Below are positions 39,601 to 48,389 of a stretch of DNA of 64,000 nucleotides, in pieces (positions within the stretch are counted from its first letter, which is position 1; every line of letters starts with the position of its first letter). The notes under the pieces were generated by a model, which was given only the letters and a program-made list of their open reading frames with translations, ran no database searches and was not told the DNA's origin. The position numbers and the translations under genes were made by a program. Origin of the DNA: Phoronis australis (Eukaryota; Animalia; Phoronida); contig NMRA01000063.1 in NCBI GenBank assembly GCA_002633005.1, positions 390,438-454,437 of the forward strand, written 5' to 3'.

Positions 39601-42600
39601 CTTTCCAACTCAAAATGTTTTTAAATGTTAAAACTTTTTTAGTTTAATTTTAACAACCCGGCTTGTGTTTGTTGTCTTGAACATTGAATGTCACCATTAA
39701 ACTTGCGGTTTTGTTGCTGTTCCAATTTGTGAAAGTTAACTATAGTTGATTCACTTTCGCTGAATGGTTTGTTATCAATAGGTGGCACTGACACTCATCT
39801 AGTGCTTGTGGACCTCCGTCCGCAGAAAGTAGATGGCGCCAGGGCTGAAAAGGTACTGGAGGAGATCAGTATCGCCCTGAATAAGAACACATGTCCCGGT
39901 GACACGAGCGCTATCAAGCCAAGTGGTCTGAGGATTGGAACACCAGCGCTAACCTCGAGAAACCTCAAAGAGGATGATATCATGCAAGTTGTCGAATTCA
40001 TCCACAAAGGTATGGCTGAAACACGGTGGCCAGTCTGCTTTTTATTGGCTCATTATGCCGTCATGGCAGTTTGTCTGTCAGGTGTCTCCGGTTGTATCTC
40101 CAAATGTCTTTAATGGATACAAGTCAAGTTTTGTTGACATGCTCCTTTCTTGGCTGGGATTACATGAGCCAATTTCTGGACAAATCTTCCTACTGCTGTG
40201 CACCCTAGTAGCAAGTTATGGGGGTGGGGGAGGGGGAGAGATAGAGAATATGTTTTTTAACTTATATATATAACAAATTAGTCAATACAATAAAGAAAAA
40301 ACATTTGGATATTTATGTATGTAAGATGGAGATCCCCAAAGGCACAAGCCCAAAGTACATTCAAGAGAACATTATGTGAAAACATTTCTGAAATCTGTTT
40401 ACACTAACCTCTAGCCTGTTTACTTTGCCACAACATTTAATTTGATAATTTCGCCACTCATCTTCAGAAGTTATTGTGAAGTTCCTCAAAATTTGTTTTA
40501 TTATTTTGCAATAGTTTGTTATAACACTAACCTAAACATTTCCATTTCAAACTGTGTCCTCTGATTTGGTGAATACCGTATTCGCCTTGATAAGCGCCCA
40601 GGGCGCTTAGAAAAATTCACTTCAGGGGGCGCTTATTATAGCCCAAAAGTGGTCGAAACCCGGTCTCCGAAACAGGTGAAATCGTAAGCTAGGATTCATC
40701 AAATTCACGCTCTGTGACTCATCTATAACCTGTGACAGAGTTTCTACAAAATTGGGGTGCGTTGCTATCAAGCTTTGTTGTTAAATTACGATCATTTTTC
40801 AGAAAATTATACTAATATCCCAGGGCGAAAACTTGCCAACTGATGCATCGCTGCTTCACGATCGCCGATAGGTCAACTTGATGTCTTGAGTAAAAATACA
40901 GTTTCGATTTATCAAATTACCTGAAGTCCTCTTTATAAAAGTTTTCAAAAAAGCGTCCCTAAGATTTTAAGTTCCTGTGGAGTCGGGATTAAAGCATATA
41001 AAGCCGATTTCATGAAGGTGGTTTAACAAAACCAGGTTTAAGACTTAAAACTGGTCTTCCTAAACCTGGTCTAATTTTAGACCTAACTTGCATTTCACCA
41101 ATGTGGTTTAAAAGTCTGAAAGCCTAGTTTTGTTAGACCAGGGAGCGGGTTTAGTAAAACCAGGTTTAAAGTATCTAAGACATCCTGCTGTGTCGATCTG
41201 GATGAATCCAACAAACTATTGAAGTGCTTTAATGAAACCTTGATCATGTGGGTATACAATGGCACACACTAGTAGAATCAGTGCAGACATTTGCGGAAAA
41301 GGTCTAAAAGCTTTTCTCATGAGGAAAAATGTAATGTCTGGGCCCAACACACATACACACATTAAAATACATGCTCACGATTAGCCACAACATGATAAAT
41401 GTCCCAATTTATTTCCATGCCATGGGGCGGGGGGGCAAGACCCCTTCCTGGCAACATTAAATCAGAAACCAATGGAAGTGGAACTCAGAAGAATCAGAAG
41501 ATACTGTCTTCAGTCAAACCCATAGCGCTTACGATGACACCTTGCTCGACCAGTCGTATTCTGAGGAATCAGCAGGACACCATCCAGCACATTCTGGTCT
41601 ACGCATAGGCGGATCCAAGGGGGTCACAGGGTCCGGACCCCTTTTCCCTTGATTTTAGTGATATCAAATCTATGATTTTCTTAATGTTGAGTTTGTCCCC
41701 CTTTCAAAAAGTCCTTGACCGACGCCCCCTTAAAAATTGTGGGTCTTCCCCTACTGCGTTTGATCTTATGTCATCGTAAAACTGAATATTGAAAATGGTC
41801 CATTGTCACTCTAAAACTGCGTCGTAAATGCACACCGCGGCATCATTCAGGTGCACCTATATCGTGCAAGTCTGTTACATAACTGTTAAACCTGGGTCTG
41901 ACCAAGTCTAAAGTTAATGCTGGTTTAAGATCTTGATACAGGTGTAAAGAATATAGACCTCGTTGGTGAAATGAAAACTGACTTAGACCAGGTCTAAAGT
42001 TAGACCAGAGTTAAACCAGGTTTTACTAGACCACTGGTCTAAAAGTTAAGCCACATTTATGAAATGCAGATTATATTTAAACCTATGAAATCGACTGATT
42101 AAGTCCAAATCTGCGCTAGATCATATGCCGCAATACGAGAAAAATGTGAACGCACAAATGTTGTTATCACGTGATGTTTGTTTTTAAGTTCGTCTGTGTA
42201 TTGTGTGAGTGAGCGAGTTCATTTGTGAGAGTAAACGCGATGTAACGATCTAGGTGTTCATTGTAACTAAGGAAATCAACACAAGCAGTAAAGCAGAAGG
42301 TATTTTATTTAGCACTTGTTGATCTCATCTGCTAAAAAACGTACGAGAGTTTTCTCGGTAAGGCCGATGTCATTGAGTCGCCCGGTGACTGGATGCGTGA
42401 CAGTCGAACAGTTATTTTTCGGGAGATTCGGGAGGTGTAAGGCTGCGGAAGAGTTCTCTACAGTGGGTCATTTTGATAGTTCCCGAAGACTAATCTTTGA
42501 TGACAGGTACTTGGATGTAGCGCACGCTTCCTGGCCACGTGCTTTGAACTGAACAAAGGTCAAGTGAGTCTTCGATTCGTGCTTGTGTTCTTTTTGAAGC

Positions 42601-43091
42601 ACGGAGGTTTGAAGTCTATAGTCACGGCTAAATACTGACATAGCGGCTAGGCTCGTTGTCTACAAATGCTTCACACAATGATTTTTTCAGGACTGTTGGA
42701 TCTTATTGATAAATTGAAGACGTTACTGTAGAATTTTCGAACTGTAGGTAAGGCATTTTTGCATGTACACGGTGTTCATGGACTGGGCGCGTATTTCAGC
42801 AATGTCTGAAAACGCGTGGGGGGTGCTTATAGGGGCATGGGCGCTAATTGGGGCAAATACGGTATTTTGATCTGAACAATTGTTTTTTTTTTTGCTAATC
42901 ATGGCACATCGTGTTCTTATTCTCCAGCCATTGTTCTCACCCAAGAAATCAACGCGGTGTCCGGTAAGTTGTTGCGCGAGTTCAAGGAAAAAGTGGAGGA
43001 GCCAGAATTCCAAGAGAAGATCAAAACTCTGAGACAGGAAGTAGAAACGTTTGCCCGCAAGTTCCCCATGCCGGGCTTTGACGAGTGGTAA
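6425..43091 (+). CDS. SHMT1: Serine hydroxymethyltransferase, cytosolic type; join(6425..6657,17449..17683,20692..20815,32997..33209,34488..34601,38964..39086,39782..40009,42928..43091), 477 aa
   Basis: Exon lengths 233+235+124+213+114+123+228+164=1434 nt (478 codons) with all introns GT-AG and phases joining in frame. Motifs [51 protein letters not shown] (PLP lysine), [39 protein letters not shown] and QVVAN plus an acidic N-terminus with no presequence favour the cytosolic type. Confidence 0.96.
7840..8958 (-). mobile_element. Truncated inverted copy of the Tc2-like element at 40576-42862
   Basis: Right end ...gtgaatatgg|ta is the reverse complement of ccgtattcgcc. Internal segments match ~40600-40990 and ~42100-42580 in reverse. 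Left boundary approximate. Confidence 0.7.
9361..11701 (+). mobile_element. Non-autonomous DNA transposon copy 1 (hAT5-like), TIR CAGGGCTCGAC, 5-bp TSD ACTAA
   Basis: actaa|cagggctcgac...gtcgagccctc|actaa; subterminal aggtcgca..tgcgacct palindromes; no transposase ORF. Confidence 0.88.
11737..13421 (+). mobile_element. Helentron-associated non-autonomous element (HINE/DINE-1-like), family 1
   Basis: 5' subTIR plus inverted repeat atgcgcccacata..tatgtggacgcat, (gtcc)n microsatellite, ~150-bp internal tandem monomers, degenerate 3' subTIR plus hairpin and ctcttgtt end; T-rich insertion site. Confidence 0.85.
13965..14683. repeat. 12-bp repeat (ACACTCTCACGC)n, with an ambiguous base at 14585
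   Basis: Read directly; a degenerate continuation follows 17080. Confidence 0.95.
14684..17080 (+). mobile_element. hAT5-like copy 2, 5-bp TSD CTCTC
   Basis: ctctc|cagggctcaac...gtcgagccctg|ctctc; colinear with copy 1. Confidence 0.88.
17449..17683 (+). CDS. SHMT1: SHMT coding exon 2 (YYGGNEFID...GFYTAKKK)
   Basis: ttgcatag|G TAT TAT; donor AAG|gtaagg. Confidence 0.96.
17735..18122. repeat. 16-bp minisatellite (catgtgccctcattaa)n
   Basis: Read directly. Confidence 0.9.
18451..18810. mobile_element. MITE with CAGGCCC(C/G)TAGCC TIRs
   Basis: caggcccctagccag...ctggctacgggcctg; flanks share TATT (4 bp). Confidence 0.65.
20692..20815 (+). CDS. SHMT1: SHMT coding exon 3 (VSATSVYFE...KLIIAG)
   Basis: tctcaccag|GTG; donor GCA G|gtgagt. 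Confidence 0.96.
21476..22847. mobile_element. Tc1/mariner (Tc2-like) non-autonomous element, TA TSD, nested in hAT5-like copy 3
   Basis: ta|ccatacttgtctgcgtta...taatgcagatgagtatgg|ta; the host sequence ccttat-TA-catgtacc is restored on removal. Confidence 0.78.
23262..24556 (+). mobile_element. HINE family 1 variant inserted at a TT inside hAT5-like copy 3
   Basis: Same termini as 11737-13421. The uninterrupted host reads gtataccggc-TT-ggct in reverse complement at ~10685-10700. Confidence 0.85.
27414..28020 (+). repeat. 34-bp minisatellite (~18 units) made of HINE terminal sequences
   Basis: Unit tcttgttatgcgcccacatatttatatgacaac(a/g). Confidence 0.9.
28351..31003 (+). mobile_element. Older, divergent HINE (family 2) with internal satellite; ~390-bp insert at 29911-30297
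   Basis: 5' ttatgctcccacatgtgtggtcacat; monomers ending gtgcctcctagtggccattttg; degenerate 3' gtgggtgc...gcattgc; insert bounded by tagataagc/gcttatcta. Confidence 0.7.
31004..32798 (+). mobile_element. HINE family 1, full length, head-to-tail behind the family-2 copy
   Basis: ttttatgcgtccacac...gtgggcgcatttcaatgttctgcgttgctcttgt. Confidence 0.85.
32997..33209 (+). CDS. SHMT1: SHMT coding exon 4 (TSCYSR...[12 protein letters not shown]...FRKG), contains the PLP-binding Lys
   Basis: ttctttgccag|GG ACT; donor AAA G|gtttgt. Confidence 0.96.
33325..34030. repeat. 39-bp minisatellite
   Basis: Unit gttaaaatagctagtagtagcagataaaggtaaatgcca. Confidence 0.92.
34488..34601 (+). CDS. SHMT1: SHMT coding exon 5 ([38 protein letters not shown])
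   Basis: catcacag|GT GTC; donor GCT G|gtgaga. Not in the ORF track; translated by hand. Confidence 0.95.
34838..38179 (+). mobile_element. Composite HINE cluster: HINE 5' part (34838-35224), hAT5-like fragment (35229-35507), HINE variant (35508-), nested complete HINE (36284-37345), HINE 3' part (37346-38179)
   Basis: Three 5' termini and two 3' termini. The host phrase ccatttttactgttttcga is split at its T-run by the 36284-37345 copy. Confidence 0.8.
38964..39086 (+). CDS. SHMT1: SHMT coding exon 6 ([41 protein letters not shown])
   Basis: cactctcag|GT GTT; donor TCA G|gtgcgt. Confidence 0.95.
39386..39510. repeat. 15-bp tandem repeat (gcttgtgtatttact) x8
   Basis: Read directly. Confidence 0.92.
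39782..40009 (+). CDS. SHMT1: SHMT coding exon 7 ([11 protein letters not shown]...VEFIHK)
   Basis: tcaatag|GT GGC; donor AAA G|gtatgg. Confidence 0.96.
40040..40215 (+). mobile_element. Eroded HINE 5' fragment
   Basis: cattatgccgtcat...tgtatctccaaa...gtgcaccctagtagcaa aligns with the family-1 5' region. Confidence 0.55.
40576..42862 (+). mobile_element. Tc2-like non-autonomous element, CCGTA termini, TA TSD; nested insertion ~41000-42100 containing a small MITE at ~41607-41752
   Basis: ta|ccgtattcgcc...ggcaaatacgg|ta; the inverted copy lacks the ~41000-42100 segment at ~8540. Confidence 0.8.
42928..43091 (+). CDS. SHMT1: SHMT last coding exon (IVLTQE...[13 protein letters not shown])
   Basis: ttattctccag|CC ATT; TAA at 43089-43091; typical SHMT C-terminus. 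Confidence 0.95.
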
Positions 43092-43318
43092 ATGAACCAG
43101 AGGTCCATTATGCAAATGCCCAAGTAGTTGCAAATAGGTTGTGGTGACATTATTCGAAGTTCTAGACCACAATGGAGCTTGATTTGCAACTTTGCTACAA
43201 ATTTGATTTCAATGTATTCTCCGAGTGTAACTCCGCGTTAAGTGTTTGGCTAATTTCAGACACAATGACTTTTGGTTAAAGTGTATGTTCATTTGGAATG
43301 TTATTCAGTACATGTTCT

Positions 43319-43342
43319 ATTAAAATATAATGAACCAATAAA
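43319..43342 (+). terminator. Candidate SHMT polyadenylation signals (ATTAAA 43319, AATAAA 43337)
   Basis: About 230-250 nt after the stop, followed by GT-rich sequence. Confidence 0.5.
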
Positions 43343-43374
43343 TTAACAGAGAAATTGTTAATGTGTCTGAATGA

Positions 43375-43634
43375 GTTGACTGTGACTGGTCTCATCTTTG
43401 TGCTCTGTTAGCTTGTCTTCCTTTAGATAACTGTGACTGGTCTCATCTTTGTGCTCTGTTAGCTTGTCTTCCTTTAGATGACTGTGACTGGTCTCATCTT
43501 TGTGCTCTGTTAGCTTGTCTTCCTTTAGATGACTGTGACTGGTCTCATCTTTGTGCTCTGTTAGCTTGTCTTCCTTTAGTTGACTGTGACTGGTCTCATC
43601 TTTGTGCTCTGTTAGCTTGTCTTCCTTTAGATAA
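43375..43634. repeat. 51-bp minisatellite x5
   Basis: Unit tgtgactggtctcatctttgtgctctgttagcttgtcttcctttagatgac. Confidence 0.92.
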
Positions 43635-43680
43635 CAATTCAAGCTCACACCATGTTATAGTCTGGGGTAAAGTGTACTTT

Positions 43681-44037
43681 TGTACTCTTCATTGCTTCCA
43701 ATGTTATTGGCTAGCATGAAACTGCATGCACTACTGTCCTGTACTCTTCATTGCTTCCAATGTTATAGGCTAGCATGAAACTGCATGCACTACTGTCCTG
43801 TACTCTTCATTGCTTCCTATTTTATAGGCTAGCATGAAACTCCATGCACTACTGTCCTGTACTCTTCATTGCTTCCAATGTTATAGGCTAGCATGAAACT
43901 CCATGCACTGCTGTCCTGTACTCTTCATTGCTTCCAATGTTATAGGCTAGCATGAAACTGCATGCACTACTGTCCTGTACTCTTCATTGCTTCCAATGTT
44001 ATAGGCTAGCATGAAACTGCATGCACTACTGTCCTGT
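43681..44037. repeat. 59-bp minisatellite x6
   Basis: Unit gtactcttcattgcttccaatgttataggctagcatgaaactgcatgcactactgtcct. Confidence 0.92.
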
Positions 44038-44374
44038 TCCAGTTGTGGCCAGTGCTTAATGTGTCTTATGACATTGAGTGTTTGTCTAAGTGCTTTGATA
44101 TTTGTATAGTGCCCAGTGCTGACTTGTCAATCGTGTGGCACTTTGAACTATTTGTTGAAAAACTGCAATTGTGTGTATGTCAAATTCCCAAGACAAAAAA
44201 ATGCTGTATGTTGTACTAACAGAATATCTAATAAGAAGTCTTGATGAGTGACTTTATGACAGTTTTTGTGTCATTAACACCTTGTTCTGGATAGTTGAAT
44301 AATCGTTCTTTAGTTGTAAAGCCCTCTGATTAATTGATTTATTTAACAACTATGGTCCACAAAATAATAGAGTA

Positions 44375-44562
44375 CAATATACCACTATACCAACATACTA
44401 TACCAATATACAATCTGATATCACTAAACAACATACTACTACACCAACACAGTCCTATACCAACATACTACTATACCAACACAGTCCTATACCAACACAG
44501 TCCTATACCAACATACTACTATACCAACATACTACTATACCAATACACCACTATACCAACAT
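44375..44562. repeat. Degenerate ataccaacatactact repeat
   Basis: Read directly. Confidence 0.75.
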
Positions 44563-47068
44563 GCAAAGAAACATTCATACAAATAATGCTGTAGTAGCAG
44601 TAAAAAGTAAATTAAATACAACAGTCGATGTGTGGATAGCGCAAAAATGTTTAAAAAAGACAATTTGGTGCAACTTGTTCGAAAGTCGTATAGCAGAGGA
44701 CACTATACACGCAGCAACATAGGCATGCGCGCACTCGGCCTAAAATACAGGGGGCTCGAATTTTTCGATATCTGGACCCTTCACTGAAAGAAATCGACGA
44801 GGACTAAAAAAATTGGGTGACTAGGTTCAGGCTCACGGACCATGCATCCGCGCAGACTTCCCGTGGATTTTGTGGACTTTTGTCCCGTTTACTCGGACTT
44901 CTTGTTTCACTGAAGCGGGCCTTTTTGCCCAATTCGCCAAATGGGTCGAGCCCCTCCTGGGTGCGCCCATGCATTGGCAATAGGGTTCAAGGACTGAGGT
45001 CGACAGTAAATGCGGTCCGTAAAATTGGGCCTTAGAATAATTACTTGCAACAGCTGTTTGGAAACTCCCCAGCTGCATGGTACTGTTGTGAAGGAAGATT
45101 GCAGTGACAAGCGTTTTGCCTCTACAGGTCACTAGCCCATAACATATATATTACAACTTTGATGAGAAAGGATAGCCTACATGAGATTCAGTTACGGAAC
45201 AGAAATAAACAGTGCCATAATCAATTATGGGGATCAGTTTCAGCATTTTTTGCCGCAGTCCTAGCTATAACTTACACATTTGACTACATTTTAACAGTGG
45301 CAAGTTGCAATTTCTCAAATTCATATTTGTTGACTTGATTGGTTGTAACTTTCGTCCAGAAAACCACAACAATGTCTACCTTATGGGGCTCGGGCTACGT
45401 TACGTACAGACACTCCCGTGAACACAAGTCCAGTGAGATACCCTATGTTATGAATCACTTGATCGCAATTGCGAGTGTCTTCGGTCTGACAGAGTACAAT
45501 CCCGGTCCTAGCTTGCAGAACCTCTCACTCCTAAATGGAGAGTGGATGTCGCCTCACGTTCAAAATGCGGGCCTCGGAGCGATAAAATGGGTTGGGCTAC
45601 TCTAGTCTATACCAAATGATGTAATTATACTTGAGAAGATAGAATAACCACTCTAGTTGGCGACTCGTCCCTACAAATTAACCTGTCCCTACATTTGCAT
45701 AACACTGTCTATGCAAATGATACCAAGTTTGATAGCCTGAGCTGTTCAGGTCACATGACCTTGTTTATTGAAATGATTCTAGAGTAACCGCGTGAACGAA
45801 AAGTTATTTAAAGCTGCCTAAAGCAAGCTAAAAACGAAAATAGAATTTGGCCTTGGTATTATGATATTCCTTACCGTAGCAGGATTCCATTTCCGTTGCC
45901 AGCTCAAGTCAAAGTCATTACGTACATGCATCATTTTCGCAAATTTTAGGTTCGGCCAACGCTAATAAACTTTGAAGCCTTTTCATGACTCGCTGATCAC
46001 TTCGTAACGATATTGTTGCTGGTAACGGAAATAGGAATATTACCAGACCCATTTCGTGAGAGTAAAAGGTATACGGTTCAATTTTCTTCTTTTTAGACAG
46101 CTAAGAAATGCAACTTTAACGTAAATGCGGCAAGTTTACACGTCATCATGAAAAACGAAGTAGCTATTATTTACGTTCACGGTTTATAGGTACAGTAGAC
46201 CTACCTGTTTTCCAAAAAAGTTTTGTGGGTTTTGAGATGCTACCCAAGCAAAAAACCTCTTCCAAAGCTGTGCTGCCTCGTGCGACATTTCCTGTTCTAT
46301 TGACAAAGTAACTAAAACGACCATTGTACAAAATTTTCAGGTAAAAAGTTACCAAACCCGGTTTTGGCCTGTTAACAGACACTAAAAACGAGTTCTCAGA
46401 AACAATTCTCCTTAACTCAAAAAACCCCAAACATTGAGGAAAAGTTGAACTCCTTTCAAAGCCTGCTAAACGGGCAAGCGTGACCTACACTGTCAGCGAA
46501 TTACTGCTGTGGGGAAAATACTGCCCACCAATGACCATAATGTCCAATTTGTGAGATAGGGGGGTATGAGTTTTTAGTTGATTACTGCTTTAACTTGGAA
46601 GATAAAGGCCAATACATTAGCAGGTGGCAGTACGCGGATTGGCTGAAATCATCAAAACAGGGTTTAGTATCCTTTTAAATATTTTTATTCTTTAAGTTTC
46701 ATAAGCTGATTTACAAGGCCCAGGGTGTTCGACACTCCATCTACTACAGCAACTGAAATAAAAGGATACGCACATATGTTTAGGTATATCGCGAACACCT
46801 GTCCTGTGCTCAGCGGCCAAGGTCATTAGTCGGCCTTGGATCACGATGTCAGCCCAAGACCTGTGCCATCGATTTCATACCCAGAGTCTTAGTGGCGAGA
46901 AAAAAACGACACGAACCGCGAACTTCATGGGTACTGGTTGTGGATCTAGAAAATGAGGATACCCACCCTAAGGACCTGAAACGGGGAGCCATTTGTACGG
47001 AGCTCTTGAAAAAGCCACTGTTTTGTATGGTATTGTTCCAGGAATACCAGCCTTTTGCAGTGAGGGAC

Positions 47069-47338
47069 CTAACCTCTTGTAAGAAGTCTTGGCCGGACTG
47101 TGATTGAATAAAGCTAACCTCTTGTAAGGAGTCTTGGACTGTAATTTGATAAAACTAACTTCTTGTAAGGAGTCTTGGACTCCAATGGGATAAAGCTAAC
47201 CTCTTGTGAGGAGTCTTGAACTATAATTGGATAAAGCTAACCTCTTGTAAGGAGTCTTGGACTATAATTGGATAAACCTCTTGTAAGGAGTCTTGTACTA
47301 TAGTTCGACAAACCTAACCTCTTGTAAGGAGTCTTGGA
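47069..47338. repeat. ~40-bp tandem repeat, ~7 copies
   Basis: Unit aacctcttgtaaggagtcttggactataattggataaagct. Confidence 0.85.
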
Positions 47339-47513
47339 CAGCTGAATTGTCAATCGTAAACAGTACAAGAAGGCGTCCATGTTGTAAAAAATGAGTACAT
47401 TTGCAATGAATTTGGAGCTTGGAACCTTTAAGTGATCAAGACTCCCAAAGTGCAATCCTTTGCGTTTTTTAAAGATTGGTAGTCTGATATCCAAGTTAGT
47501 CTGCGGTTATGGT

Positions 47514-47653
47514 TCATCTATCTGTATTGAGATGAACCTCTGATATTTCAAGGTTACTGGAACTTCTCCATCCAGTGTAACAGCTTCCCACACTTCTGAC
47601 TTTGAACGATACCTCTACAGCGCCTCTTACTGGTAGTTCACACATACCTTCAA
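47514..47653 (-). CDS. CTHRC1-like domain C exon c, terminal (EGMCELPVRGAVEV...CYTGWRSSSNLEISEVHLNTDR*)
   Basis: Acceptor ttgttttacag; TGW motif; TGA at 47516-47514. Confidence 0.9.
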
Positions 47654-48316
47654 CTGTAAAACAAACACGCCAGTCGAGCTTAACATTTTAACAACAACAA
47701 CCACAACACAATAAAATCTGCATTCTGTCAAAAGCTATATTTTAATTGATGTAAACCACTTAAAGGTACATTCTCCTCGAGAAAATTAATTTTACAGAAA
47801 TTAGATATAGCCAGTAACAGAACTCTGAGCCAACTCGAACGCGTTAAATAGTCTATTTTAAATACACCAACTTGACGTCAGTGAATGTCTAATAAACAAC
47901 GGCGAGAATTGGCGACTTGTAATAGAATCACAAGAACACAGGGGATTTTGTTATTTTAAAGTTCTGGTAGAGACGAGAGTTGCACTACAATAGTTGGTCC
48001 CTGTACTCCTCAAGTATATTGCTCTTTGTAAGAAGAAAAGTCCAAAATATGTCTTGTTTCCGAAAGCTTTTCTTATTTATTTTGACTATAAAATTTAACG
48101 TAAACAACTCTATAACCTGTTTGGTGGCAATATTTAATAAGTTAGTTCATCCCTAATTGAGTTGACTTCGTTACCACAAAAACCCAACGTTTCACCAGCG
48201 GCACAAAACTAAAAGGTATCTTAAGAAGAAGAGATCATATTACTGATATCTATTCAATGATTTGATTATAACAAAGACCGGAGACCTAGTTATTGTATAT
48301 ATACATACACATACAC

Positions 48317-48389
<73 letters not shown>

